Part shown: positions 28,742 to 37,783 of the stretch, piece after piece
How positions within the stretch are numbered: the first letter of the stretch is position 1
Layout of the letters: each line of letters starts with the position of its first letter
DNA from: Syntrophomonadaceae bacterium
Lineage (GTDB): Bacteria; Bacteroidota; Ignavibacteria; Ignavibacteriales; SURF-24
Length of the DNA: 64,000 nt
Assembly: GCA_050259615.1 (NCBI GenBank)
Contig: JBLNAZ010000020.1
Span: 1,513-65,512, forward strand
Direction of reading: 5' to 3'
Made by a program: the position numbers and the translations under genes
The notes under the pieces: generated by a model
Told to the model about the DNA's origin: nothing
Seen by the model: the letters and a program-made list of their open reading frames with translations, nothing else
Database searches by the model: none

Positions 28742-31582
28742 CTAATTGAATAATAGTGAGAAACCTAACCTGACTTCGCGCGGCCTGTTCAAGTTTTCAG
28801 ACCTTTTGTAGTAGTTATCGATTTCAGAAATAGGTATCATACCACGATCTCCCAGAATGCGTTTTCTGATATCATTGAACTGAGCCACATTCAAAGTCTG
28901 TTCGACATTCGACAATGCCCTTCCTGAAGAAGCATAGACATATCTTTCATTTTCAGTATCAAAGAGGTTTTCAACCTGCAGGAATATTGAATAATTAATG
29001 CTTCCCATCCTGAAGAATTTTTCAGCCTTGAAGTCAACGTTCCAGTTCATCGGTTTCGGTGATGAATTCTGTACATAAGTTATCGGTGAAAGCGACGGCG
29101 GCAGAGCCGGAGTATAAGGAGTACCTGCCTGTATATTATAGATAAGACCAACCGACCAGCTTTCAGGATCTGAAAAAGTAACTGTACCGTTGATCAGGTG
29201 AGGCCTGTCGAAGCTCAGGGGCACGAGGAATGTTTCACTCTGCTTGCCTGAAGCCTCGCTGAAGAAAAGGTCTTCTGTCGGCTCGGTTCTGTTGCCTTCT
29301 GCTATCTGGAAAGTATAATCCAGCGTGGCTGACAAGTAGCTGTCGGGAGATCTTCTTTTCAGGAATGAAAGCGTGATACCCTTAACGTTTGAATAAGCAA
29401 GGTTTGTCAGAATTTTGTACTGTCTTGCACTTGCCGTATAAACTGTCTGAGTAAAAATATAGTCGCGTACATCTTTATAATAACCTGTAAGGTCAAACTT
29501 CAGATCGTCTGTAAGCTGCTGCTGAAGACCGAGCTCATACTGAACTGACTTCTGAGGCTTTACGTTCGGATTACCGAAAGTAGGAACAGAAGCTATGTTT
29601 GCAACGTAAAGTTTATCATTCAGATAGAGTTCTGATAAAGACCCGATCTGATAGAAATGTCCGTATGAAAACCTGATTATACCCTTGTCTGTTATTGGAT
29701 AAGAAACGCTGAATCTGGGTGAAACCATGTGCTTGCCCTTAACCTTTTCAAGTCCTTCAGTCATATAGCCGGCCATAGCATCGGTCAGGTTTCTTGAAAT
29801 ATCAGGATTATACAGTGTATTGGGATCGAAATATTCATATCTCAAACCGACGTTGAGTATGAGGGATTTATCCAATTCGATCTTATCCTGCAGATAAGCT
29901 GCAATCTGGTAAGGTTTCTTGTGATACGTGCTTGCGCTTTGAATCGTATCCCTTACTATATTAAGGTTCTGATTGTAAAGCAGATCGCTCACGTTAAGAG
30001 ATGTTTTTGTAGGAATCCCGTTAATATCCTGAAGTTTCCTGAAATTGATTGAATATGAAAGCCTGTCGATCTCATGCTGTCTGAGTTCAAATCCGGCTTT
30101 AATCTCATGGACGCCGAACATCTGTGAAACCAGGTCGCCTTTAAGGCTCATGGTTTTTGTATATCTGTACGACTGGCTGTTATCAGTTCCGCCTGTCAGG
30201 AATTCTGTTCCTGTAAGAGCTTTGCTGTAAAGACCAGGCAGATAACGCGGGTCCCTCCAGTCTTTATATAGATAGTATTCGCTCTGGTTATAAGAATAAG
30301 AACCCTTTAAGGTATAGAAAGTACTTTTGCTGACAGTATGTGTAAGGTCAACTGAATGGAGGTACCCATTGCTGTAGTTGGTTCCTATACCGTCGGGGTT
30401 GTACTTATAGGCTCTGTCGTAATCTTTTGACTTTCCCTTCTCAAGTACCAGTTCATATTTTACCTTGAAGAGAGGACCAAACCTGTGGCTTATGTTGCCC
30501 TGGAAGTTCCAGCTCTGTGAGGGATTCATTGGTACAATTGCGCTGTCACCTGTATTTAAACCGCTGCTGCCCTTAGTGTAAGGATTGAAGACGTAAGCCT
30601 CTGTAGCTAGGTCATACCTGGGATCAGTTGATCTGAAGTTATCAGGTGATAGATAAGAGTCTGTAGTATTGTAAAATCTTCTTCCGTAATAAGAACCCTG
30701 AAAATTTTCAAAAATACTTGAGACAAAGAAATTTGTACCGCTGAGGAAAGGAACCGGTCCGCCAGTTGTGGCTTCCAGTCTGCCCCTGTTAAGCGGTTTG
30801 ATATCATCCAGGTGATAAAACAGATCTTTTCTGGTTGTAACGTAATCTCCGGCATAGCCTCTTACGCTGAAAGAGTATTTATCGGCTCCTTCTTTTGTAA
30901 CGTAATTAACAACACCCGAAAGAGCATTGCCGAATTCGGCGCTGAACGTGCCTGTTGAAACAGAAACTTCCTGGACTGCATTTGTTGCAATACCTACAGA
31001 TCTGCCGTTTCCGTAAGGATCGTTCATCGATAAACCATTTAAAGAATAAGCAACTTCATTTCCATAGCCGCCTCTGACGTGAATACTTCCGTCGTCACCT
31101 GTAACAACACCGGCCTGTAATTTTATAACGTCTGAAATATTATCTACAGGGAGAGTCTGAATTGATTCCGAAGTAATTGCCACTGTAGGGTTTGTAAGAT
31201 CCTGCCTGATAAGAGGATTTCTTTCACCCTGGACAACAACTGCACCCAGTGTAATCTCACCTGAACTAAGACCAATTTCGAGCCTTGTGGTAAAGCCCAC
31301 ATTAACTCTGACATCCTTAACGGTTGTTTTCTGGTAGCCGATATAGGATGCAGTTACGCTGTAAAGTCCCGGAGGGATATTCATTACAACAAAATTTCCA
31401 TCAGCATCTGTAGACGCACCGAGAGAGGTACCTTCCAGAACAACGTTGGCATAAGAAACCGCCTCGCCTGTAGCCTTGTCCTGAACTTTACCCATGATCT
31501 TACCGGTGGATTGCGAATACAGACTGCCTGTAACAGCAAAACTTAGAAAAATCAAAAGAGTAAGTAAATTTCTAATTTTCAT
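28742..31582 (-). CDS. TonB-dependent receptor-like outer-membrane protein with N-terminal CarboxypepD_reg domain
   Basis: 946 aa. GKIMGKVQDKATGEAVSYANVVLEG...GNFVVMNIPPGLYSVTASYIGY (CarboxypepD_reg-like), then a plug-like region, a long beta-barrel and a terminal aromatic residue (LLFN). Confidence 0.8.
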   Translation of the reverse strand: MKIRNLLTLLIFLSFAVTGSLYSQSTGKIMGKVQDKATGEAVSYANVVLEGTSLGASTDADGNFVVMNIPPGLYSVTASYIGYQKTTVKDVRVNVGFTTRLEIGLSSGEITLGAVVVQGERNPLIRQDLTNPTVAITSESIQTLPVDNISDVIKLQAGVVTGDDGSIHVRGGYGNEVAYSLNGLSMNDPYGNGRSVGIATNAVQEVSVSTGTFSAEFGNALSGVVNYVTKEGADKYSFSVRGYAGDYVTTRKDLFYHLDDIKPLNRGRLEATTGGPVPFLSGTNFFVSSIFENFQGSYYGRRFYNTTDSYLSPDNFRSTDPRYDLATEAYVFNPYTKGSSGLNTGDSAIVPMNPSQSWNFQGNISHRFGPLFKVKYELVLEKGKSKDYDRAYKYNPDGIGTNYSNGYLHSVDLTHTVSKSTFYTLKGSYSYNQSEYYLYKDWRDPRYLPGLYSKALTGTEFLTGGTDNSQSYRYTKTMSLKGDLVSQMFGVHEIKAGFELRQHEIDRLSYSINFRKLQDINGIPTKTSLNVSDLLYNQNLNIVRDTIQSASTYHKKPYQIAAYLQDKIELDKSLILNVGLRYEYFDPNTLYNPDISRNLTDAMAGYMTEGLEKVKGKHMVSPRFSVSYPITDKGIIRFSYGHFYQIGSLSELYLNDKLYVANIASVPTFGNPNVKPQKSVQYELGLQQQLTDDLKFDLTGYYKDVRDYIFTQTVYTASARQYKILTNLAYSNVKGITLSFLKRRSPDSYLSATLDYTFQIAEGNRTEPTEDLFFSEASGKQSETFLVPLSFDRPHLINGTVTFSDPESWSVGLIYNIQAGTPYTPALPPSLSPITYVQNSSPKPMNWNVDFKAEKFFRMGSINYSIFLQVENLFDTENERYVYASSGRALSNVEQTLNVAQFNDIRKRILGDRGMIPISEIDNYYKRSENLNRPREVRLGFSLLFN

Positions 31583-31636
31583 TAAAGCCTCATGTGAATA
31601 TTAAGACACTTTCCCGCATACTAAGCTTAAAATGGA

Positions 31637-31668
31637 AGCCGCGGTACACTATTTGTGAATCGCGGCTC
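31637..31668 (-). terminator. possible terminator downstream of the FG-GAP gene
   Basis: AGCCGCG/CGCGGCT 7-bp stem, followed on the minus strand by a weak T-rich run (CCATTTTAAG). Confidence 0.3.
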
Positions 31669-31685
31669 CTTAAATTCAAGAATAA

Positions 31686-33647
31686 TTACTTGAGTAATGT
31701 CATCTTTATTGATTGAGAATAATTTCCAAAAATGAGTCTGGCAATATAGTTGCCGCTTGCAGCATTCTGGCCGCTGTTTGTCATACCGTTCCACATAACT
31801 TCATATTTACCTTTCTTGTAGAGCTGGTCGTTAACCAGAGAAGCTACTTCCTTGCCAAGCATATCGTAGACCTTAAGAGAGATCTTCTTATCCAGAGGCA
31901 GTGTGAATCTGATGTTTGTTGTCGGGTTGAACGGATTTGGATAGTTCTGTTCAAGTTTATAATCTTCAGGATAAACTAAAGAGTAGTTCTGGTCCTTTAA
32001 TCCGCTTGTTCCAGTCTGCTCAAGAACACGGATAGTTTTGCGGTAAGGATTGAAAACTTCCTTGGTTTTCAAGGTATCCTGCTTCCACTGATGTGTGCTG
32101 TCTACCCATACATATTCATGGATAACGTTTGTTTTGAAAACGTTCTGTTCTGAAAGTACAATTTCCATTTTACCGTCTTTATTCAGGTCGACATGGTCGG
32201 CAAAAATGGAAGCCGTAAACGGAGGATCTATATGAACTGTATCAATCTTTGTCTGATCGAGCGTATAGGTAGTATCAGTAGCTGATATAATTGTATCCAC
32301 CACGCCATGATAAATATCGAACTGATGAAAAACGTCGTTTCCGGTACCTGAATAAACAAGGTTCTTAACATAGCTGTTCGGATCGTTCAGTGCGCCTGTC
32401 CCTTTGTACTGAATAGCAAAAAGGTTCACGCCTGCACCACCGCCGGTGTAGACTTCGTCTTTACCGTCCTTGTTAAGGTCACCCTTTGAAAGCGCCATGA
32501 ATTGTGCAGCTTTTTTGCCTCCCATTTTGGCAAGTTCATCTTTGGTAGCGATACGGCCGTTTCTTCTTGCGATTGTAGCAGCGTCTGTTTTCCAGATATA
32601 AACACCTGTATCGGCTTTTGAGAAAGTCATTACTTCAACACCGGTATTTCCAGCATATTTTGTGGCAAAGACTTCATCTTTTTTGTCGCCATCCACATCA
32701 GCAGTAATTATTCCCAATATGGAATAGTCATCTACTCCTGGAGTATATTGTGCATAGATAGAGTCTTTATAAGGGCTGTTGAAATCAGGATATGTATATG
32801 AATCAGGCCCATTTACAACAATATTCCAGAAACCGAAATTATTATAGTGATGATTGACGATTTCGAGTTTGCCATCGCCATTGATGTCGCCGGCGGCAAC
32901 CGAATAGAAAGATCCTGTTGCCCAGCTGTGTCCATTGGTAGGAACCTTAGCTGGATCTCCGCCTTCGAGTACAATCTTTGTACCGAATGAAGCAGGAATG
33001 TCGCCGTCCACACCGAGGACGTAGACGTCTCTGCCCGGGTTTGAGCCTGCGGTAATAATTTCGCTCTTGCCATCGCCATCGAGATCCTTAACAAGCAGGG
33101 TTTCTCTGGTAAGCCTGAGATCTTCTATAGCACCGGCAGCTTTATAGGAAGCTGTATTGATAAAGAAATCGGGGGCGCCGCTGGGATCTGATCCCCAGGT
33201 TTTTGCATCGGGGTTCCATTCATAGAATACGAGCTTTCCGTCGCCGCCGCGGCTAAAAATTATTTCAGGAAGACCATCTCCGTCGCAGTCGCCAACCTGG
33301 GGACATCTTGGACTTGAACCGCTTGCTCCTGCAACAACTGGAGAAGACCAGATCACTTCCAGAACGGAAGGATCGGACTCCGAGGGAGCAATAACGTGAA
33401 CTCTTCCGCCATTGGAGTAGTCGGTAGCGATGATTTCCTGCTTTCCATCGCCTTTTGCATCCGCAACTATTACCTTTCTTACACCCAGATCACTGTAATA
33501 CGGCTGTACTTTCTGAGCCGAATCTGAAAGCGACTGATCAAAAGCTGCGTTGTAAATAGATGTAGTATGCATAGTAATGGGAGACTGTGCATTTACTACT
33601 CCGCAAAGAACTAAAGTAACCAGTAGAAACGAGTAGATTTTTCTCAT
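31686..33647 (-). CDS. FG-GAP/VCBS-repeat secreted protein with T9SS C-terminal sorting domain
   Basis: 653 aa. Repeated D-x-D/N-G-D-G-K-x-E-I loops (at least six). C-terminus NYPNPFNPTTNIRFTLP...KVYDMLGKEV...GNYIARL. Confidence 0.82.
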   Translation of the reverse strand: MRKIYSFLLVTLVLCGVVNAQSPITMHTTSIYNAAFDQSLSDSAQKVQPYYSDLGVRKVIVADAKGDGKQEIIATDYSNGGRVHVIAPSESDPSVLEVIWSSPVVAGASGSSPRCPQVGDCDGDGLPEIIFSRGGDGKLVFYEWNPDAKTWGSDPSGAPDFFINTASYKAAGAIEDLRLTRETLLVKDLDGDGKSEIITAGSNPGRDVYVLGVDGDIPASFGTKIVLEGGDPAKVPTNGHSWATGSFYSVAAGDINGDGKLEIVNHHYNNFGFWNIVVNGPDSYTYPDFNSPYKDSIYAQYTPGVDDYSILGIITADVDGDKKDEVFATKYAGNTGVEVMTFSKADTGVYIWKTDAATIARRNGRIATKDELAKMGGKKAAQFMALSKGDLNKDGKDEVYTGGGAGVNLFAIQYKGTGALNDPNSYVKNLVYSGTGNDVFHQFDIYHGVVDTIISATDTTYTLDQTKIDTVHIDPPFTASIFADHVDLNKDGKMEIVLSEQNVFKTNVIHEYVWVDSTHQWKQDTLKTKEVFNPYRKTIRVLEQTGTSGLKDQNYSLVYPEDYKLEQNYPNPFNPTTNIRFTLPLDKKISLKVYDMLGKEVASLVNDQLYKKGKYEVMWNGMTNSGQNAASGNYIARLIFGNYSQSIKMTLLK

Positions 33648-33975
33648 AACTGTTCCTTTTGTTTTGGGTTAATTAAATAAAACTGACAGTCCGGCCTGCA
33701 CCGCTACTGCCTTCGAACCAGGTCCATCTGATCTATAATTGGAGCTAAATTACCTCCGGTGTGGAGTTCAGCTTGCTCCTGAAAAAAAGCACATTAATAT
33801 TTCTCAGACATCACCGTTAACCTGAAACATTAGGAACCAAAGCATTGTAAAACTTCAAACGAAAACGTATAAACATAGAATCAAAGCATAGACACACTAA
33901 AAACGTGATCATGCCGGAAACATAAAATTTAACAAAGTGTAATTTGAAACAATCTTCTGAGGACTTGAAAGCCCC

Positions 33976-35820
33976 TTAAGGCATTTCCTGTTTGGCCTTA
34001 AGCCAGGGCTCCACCCAGTTTGTAAAAGGAACTGTAAGCGGGACAGCCATAAGCCTGCCGCCGAATCCCATGTAGCGGTAAGCAAAAATATTCATATTGA
34101 GTGCATCAGCTGAATTTAAGGCATCCTCATTGACACTGACTCCGTAGCTTTTGGCAAGCGAAACTGTGTAACCGGTAAGTTTCTGGAGATATTCTTCGTT
34201 TATAAGATCCTTTGCAGTCATGCCGCTTTCTTTTGCATCTTTACCGCCTTTAAGGACGGTTTCTTCTTTTTTCCTGCCTATCAGCTTAAATATTGAATAT
34301 CCATCCTCAGTTTTCAACGGACCGTATACATCGCCGACTCTCATCTGGCCTGCAATTCTGCCGATCTCTCCATACATGGAGGAAGGGAAAAATCCGAACT
34401 CGCCGCCTTTTTCTCTTGTCCACTCTCTTTTTGTGTATAAACGCGCAAGCTCATGTATGTCTTTATGGTTTTTAAGTCCGTCCAATACCTTTTCAACCGT
34501 TTCAAGACTGTCAGTTAAGACTTCAGCAATATTAACCATTGTCAGTTCTGCAGCTGTATTTTTTTGCGCTGTCTGCTTTTTAAAGGCATTCAGGTCCCCT
34601 GGATTCGTTTTTACAGAATCCATTATCTGAGATTTAAGAAGCTGAGCCAGGTAGCTGTCGCGCCACATATGTATGGATTTTTTAACTTCGGGCAGATTCT
34701 GAAGGCCCATTCTGAAACCCTCACGCGCAAGAAGTTCATTTTCTATATAATTTTTAACCCTGCTGTCGAGTTTTGCCCTGAGTGTCCGGGGTTCAACTGT
34801 ATTGCTGAAGAAACCATCAAAGGCAACCTCATCAATAAACTGTTTCAATGTAACGGGGCTGTTATCCAGGCTGACGAATGTCATTTTCAGACTGTCGGGC
34901 CCGAATTCTTTTTCAATTTTTAGAAAATCCGGCACACTTAAATAAGTCTTTTCTTTAGCGGGCATTTTAACATCCTGCTGCTTTTCATTCAGGATGGAAA
35001 TAACCTTATCGGCAAAACTCCAGAAAATGTAACCGTCTACGTTAATTTTCCTGCCGCTAAAGAATCTGTTATGATAACTCTGATAAATATTATTGGCGGC
35101 TCTGTCATTTAGGATCTTTCTGGCCTCGGTGACAACCTTTTCTCTTTCTTCATTTGAAAGTGAATACCTGTCTGTACGTTTAACCAGCCTGAAGATAAGC
35201 CATCCATCCGGCGCAGCAACAGGAGCAGTATATTTGCCCGGTTTCAGGCTGAATAGTACTGCTTCCAGAGAACTGTCCACTTCACCGAAGGAGACCTCCA
35301 GGAGTGAGTCTTTCTCCAAAGCCGAATTCTTTTCAAGCATGGAATTAAACGAGATGCCTTTTTTCAGGGAATTATAGAGGGTTTGAATTCCTTTTTCGTC
35401 AGGGGCTTTCAGACAGTCGAGTTTGAGTCTGTACCGGTTCTTTTGGACGGCATTATCCAGGTCAACATTGGTAATATTGACCTTGCTGCTTATCTCGTGC
35501 TTATAGAGGGCATCTCTGACATACATTTTCTCTATGGTTTTAAAAGCCGAATTCATGACAGCAGAAGTATCGTAACCGAGGTCACGGGCCTTCTGAGCCA
35601 AAAGCTTTTCAGCAATTAAGGTATAGAGAAAATCAGATTTGGGATCTTTAGATAGTTTTTCTTTATCACCTTTGGGCCAGGGAGTAAGAGAAAAACGCTC
35701 TTTAATTTCCGAAGCATTTATGGTTGAATTACCAACTTTGGCAACTATCTGATCCTGAACCTGAGCACTAACTTTTATACTGATACTAACTAAAACCGCA
35801 GCTAAAAAAATTTTCTTCAT
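33976..35820 (-). CDS. periplasmic peptidyl-prolyl isomerase/chaperone (SurA/PpiD-like, parvulin domain)
   Basis: 614 aa. Signal peptide, SurA_N-like start (IVAKVGNSTINASEIKERF) and a parvulin-like GGEFGFFPSSMYGEIG...GDVYGPLKTEDGYSIFKL. Confidence 0.7.
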   Translation of the reverse strand: MKKIFLAAVLVSISIKVSAQVQDQIVAKVGNSTINASEIKERFSLTPWPKGDKEKLSKDPKSDFLYTLIAEKLLAQKARDLGYDTSAVMNSAFKTIEKMYVRDALYKHEISSKVNITNVDLDNAVQKNRYRLKLDCLKAPDEKGIQTLYNSLKKGISFNSMLEKNSALEKDSLLEVSFGEVDSSLEAVLFSLKPGKYTAPVAAPDGWLIFRLVKRTDRYSLSNEEREKVVTEARKILNDRAANNIYQSYHNRFFSGRKINVDGYIFWSFADKVISILNEKQQDVKMPAKEKTYLSVPDFLKIEKEFGPDSLKMTFVSLDNSPVTLKQFIDEVAFDGFFSNTVEPRTLRAKLDSRVKNYIENELLAREGFRMGLQNLPEVKKSIHMWRDSYLAQLLKSQIMDSVKTNPGDLNAFKKQTAQKNTAAELTMVNIAEVLTDSLETVEKVLDGLKNHKDIHELARLYTKREWTREKGGEFGFFPSSMYGEIGRIAGQMRVGDVYGPLKTEDGYSIFKLIGRKKEETVLKGGKDAKESGMTAKDLINEEYLQKLTGYTVSLAKSYGVSVNEDALNSADALNMNIFAYRYMGFGGRLMAVPLTVPFTNWVEPWLKAKQEMP

Positions 35821-36196
35821 TAAAACTAAATCAAAAGAGCCTAAAAAGAACTCATAGGTTTATTAATCACGCAGCACATAATATAATAATAATATTCTGC
35901 TCTTAACTATCCCCCCAAACCGTTCCAAAAATTTCAGGTCAAATTTACTAAAAAAATTCTTTAAATCAACAATGCTAACCCGATTAGAATAAAAATACTT
36001 TGATGCCGTAAAACATTAACAGATAAGCCCATAAGAAAAGACACTTAAATTGTTGCTTTATGGGTATGCGGCCCTATTTTGCACTATAAACTCTCCGCAA
36101 TTACAGGAACTGCAGGAGCTGATTGCTTAGATGCAAATTTCATTATTTCTCACTAACTTTACTTCTATTATTAACCTTTAGAGGAGGAAGGCTAAA

Positions 36197-37780
36197 ATGA
36201 CAGGAAAAGGCACTGCAGAAAAAAAGGATAATACGATAGCCGTTTTGTTTATCCTGTCGCTTTTTACGCTTTTAATCCACTTCTTCACGAACTTTTTTAC
36301 CGAATTCGGCATTTTTCGTGATGAATTCTATTACCTTTCCTGCAGCAGACGGCCTGCAATGGGCTACGTAGACCAGCCGCCCTTGTCAATATTCCTTCTC
36401 GGCGTAAGCCGCCTGGCCTTCGGGGATTCACTCTTTGCTGTAAGAATACTGCCCGCCCTTTTTGGCGCAGTAACTGTTTTTATTACAGGACTTACGGTCC
36501 GGCGCATGGGTGGAGGCATTTATGCCATAATTTTATCTGCAGCCTCTTACATTGCGGCTCCCATATTCCTGGCTATGAATAATATATATTCAATGAATGC
36601 CATTGATATTCTTCTCTGGACAGCTGCTTTCTATATATTGATATTAATGCTGGGCAGGAATTCTCAGGAAAAAGATGCAAAATACTGGATATGGCTGGGC
36701 ATTGTACTGGGACTGGGGTTGATGAACAAAATAAGCATGATGTGGTTTGGCGCAGGACTTTTCCTTGCACTTCTTACCAGGCAGTACAGGCACTACCTTA
36801 AAACTCCCTGGCCTTATATTGCGGCTTTAATAGCATTCTTGATTTTCCTGCCATTTGTTATCTGGAATCTTTCACACAGCCTTGCACATCTCGAGTTTAT
36901 GCGCAATGCATCAGGACTTAAATACGGCTCCGTTACACCGGTTGACTTTATCTTAGGACAACTACTGCTGTTTCTGCCTGTAAGTATACCCGTCTGGGCC
37001 GCAGGCATATACTACTTCTTTTTTAATAAACAGGGGAGGAAATACCGGGCTGCAGGAATTATTTATGCTGCAACTATTGCAATACTGATTATTAACTGGC
37101 ACAGCAAGCCTGAATATGCTTCGCCTGCCTACCCCGTGCTTTTTGCCGGTGGCAGCGTTTTAATTGAAGATTTTTTCAGAAGAAGGCGGCTAAAATGGCT
37201 TAAGTATTCACTTCCTGCCATTATTATGCTCTTTGGAATCCTCCTTGCGCCTTTTGTACTGCCCGTCCTTCCGGTAAACAAGTATATCGCCTACAGCAGA
37301 CTGACAGGTTTTCAGCCCGACGGGCATGAGGGAAAAAAGCTTTCGGAACTGCCGCAGCTTTATGCCGATATGTTCGGCTGGGAAAATATGGTAAAGACAG
37401 TATCAGACGTATATCTTTCCCTTCCGCAGGATGAAAAAGATCATGCATTCGTTTTTGCTCAGAATTACGGCGAGGCCTCCGCCCTGGAATATTATAGTAA
37501 GAAATATCCTCTTCCTAAAGTAATCTCACCTCACAACAGTTTCTGGATCTGGGAATGGGAGGAACTAAAGGACACGACAAAAAGAAATAATTACAGTACA
37601 GTAATAATAATCGGCGGCCAGGTGGAAGACCACCTTAAGGCTCTAAAGAGTGTGGCTCAAAAAGGGATAATTCAAAGCCGGTATGCCATACCCTATGAGA
37701 ACAACCTTCCTGTTTTTGTAGGAAAAGGCTTTAAGATACCCGTTGAAGTGATCTGGAAGTCCGAGAAAAACTTTATTTAA
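36197..37780 (+). CDS. GT39/ArnT-like membrane glycosyltransferase (PMT_2 family)
   Basis: 527 aa and polytopic. Contains FRDEFYYLSCSRRPAMGYVDQPPL, typical of 4-amino-4-deoxy-L-arabinose transferase-like enzymes. GAGGAGG lies upstream. Confidence 0.72.
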   Translation: MTGKGTAEKKDNTIAVLFILSLFTLLIHFFTNFFTEFGIFRDEFYYLSCSRRPAMGYVDQPPLSIFLLGVSRLAFGDSLFAVRILPALFGAVTVFITGLTVRRMGGGIYAIILSAASYIAAPIFLAMNNIYSMNAIDILLWTAAFYILILMLGRNSQEKDAKYWIWLGIVLGLGLMNKISMMWFGAGLFLALLTRQYRHYLKTPWPYIAALIAFLIFLPFVIWNLSHSLAHLEFMRNASGLKYGSVTPVDFILGQLLLFLPVSIPVWAAGIYYFFFNKQGRKYRAAGIIYAATIAILIINWHSKPEYASPAYPVLFAGGSVLIEDFFRRRRLKWLKYSLPAIIMLFGILLAPFVLPVLPVNKYIAYSRLTGFQPDGHEGKKLSELPQLYADMFGWENMVKTVSDVYLSLPQDEKDHAFVFAQNYGEASALEYYSKKYPLPKVISPHNSFWIWEWEELKDTTKRNNYSTVIIIGGQVEDHLKALKSVAQKGIIQSRYAIPYENNLPVFVGKGFKIPVEVIWKSEKNFI

Positions 37781-37783
37781 GAC

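Noticed and set aside
33690-33735. GGTTCGAAGG on the minus strand, resembling a tRNA T-arm in an intergenic region
   Set aside because: I could not build a complementary T-stem, acceptor stem or anticodon arm by eye. It is likely chance.
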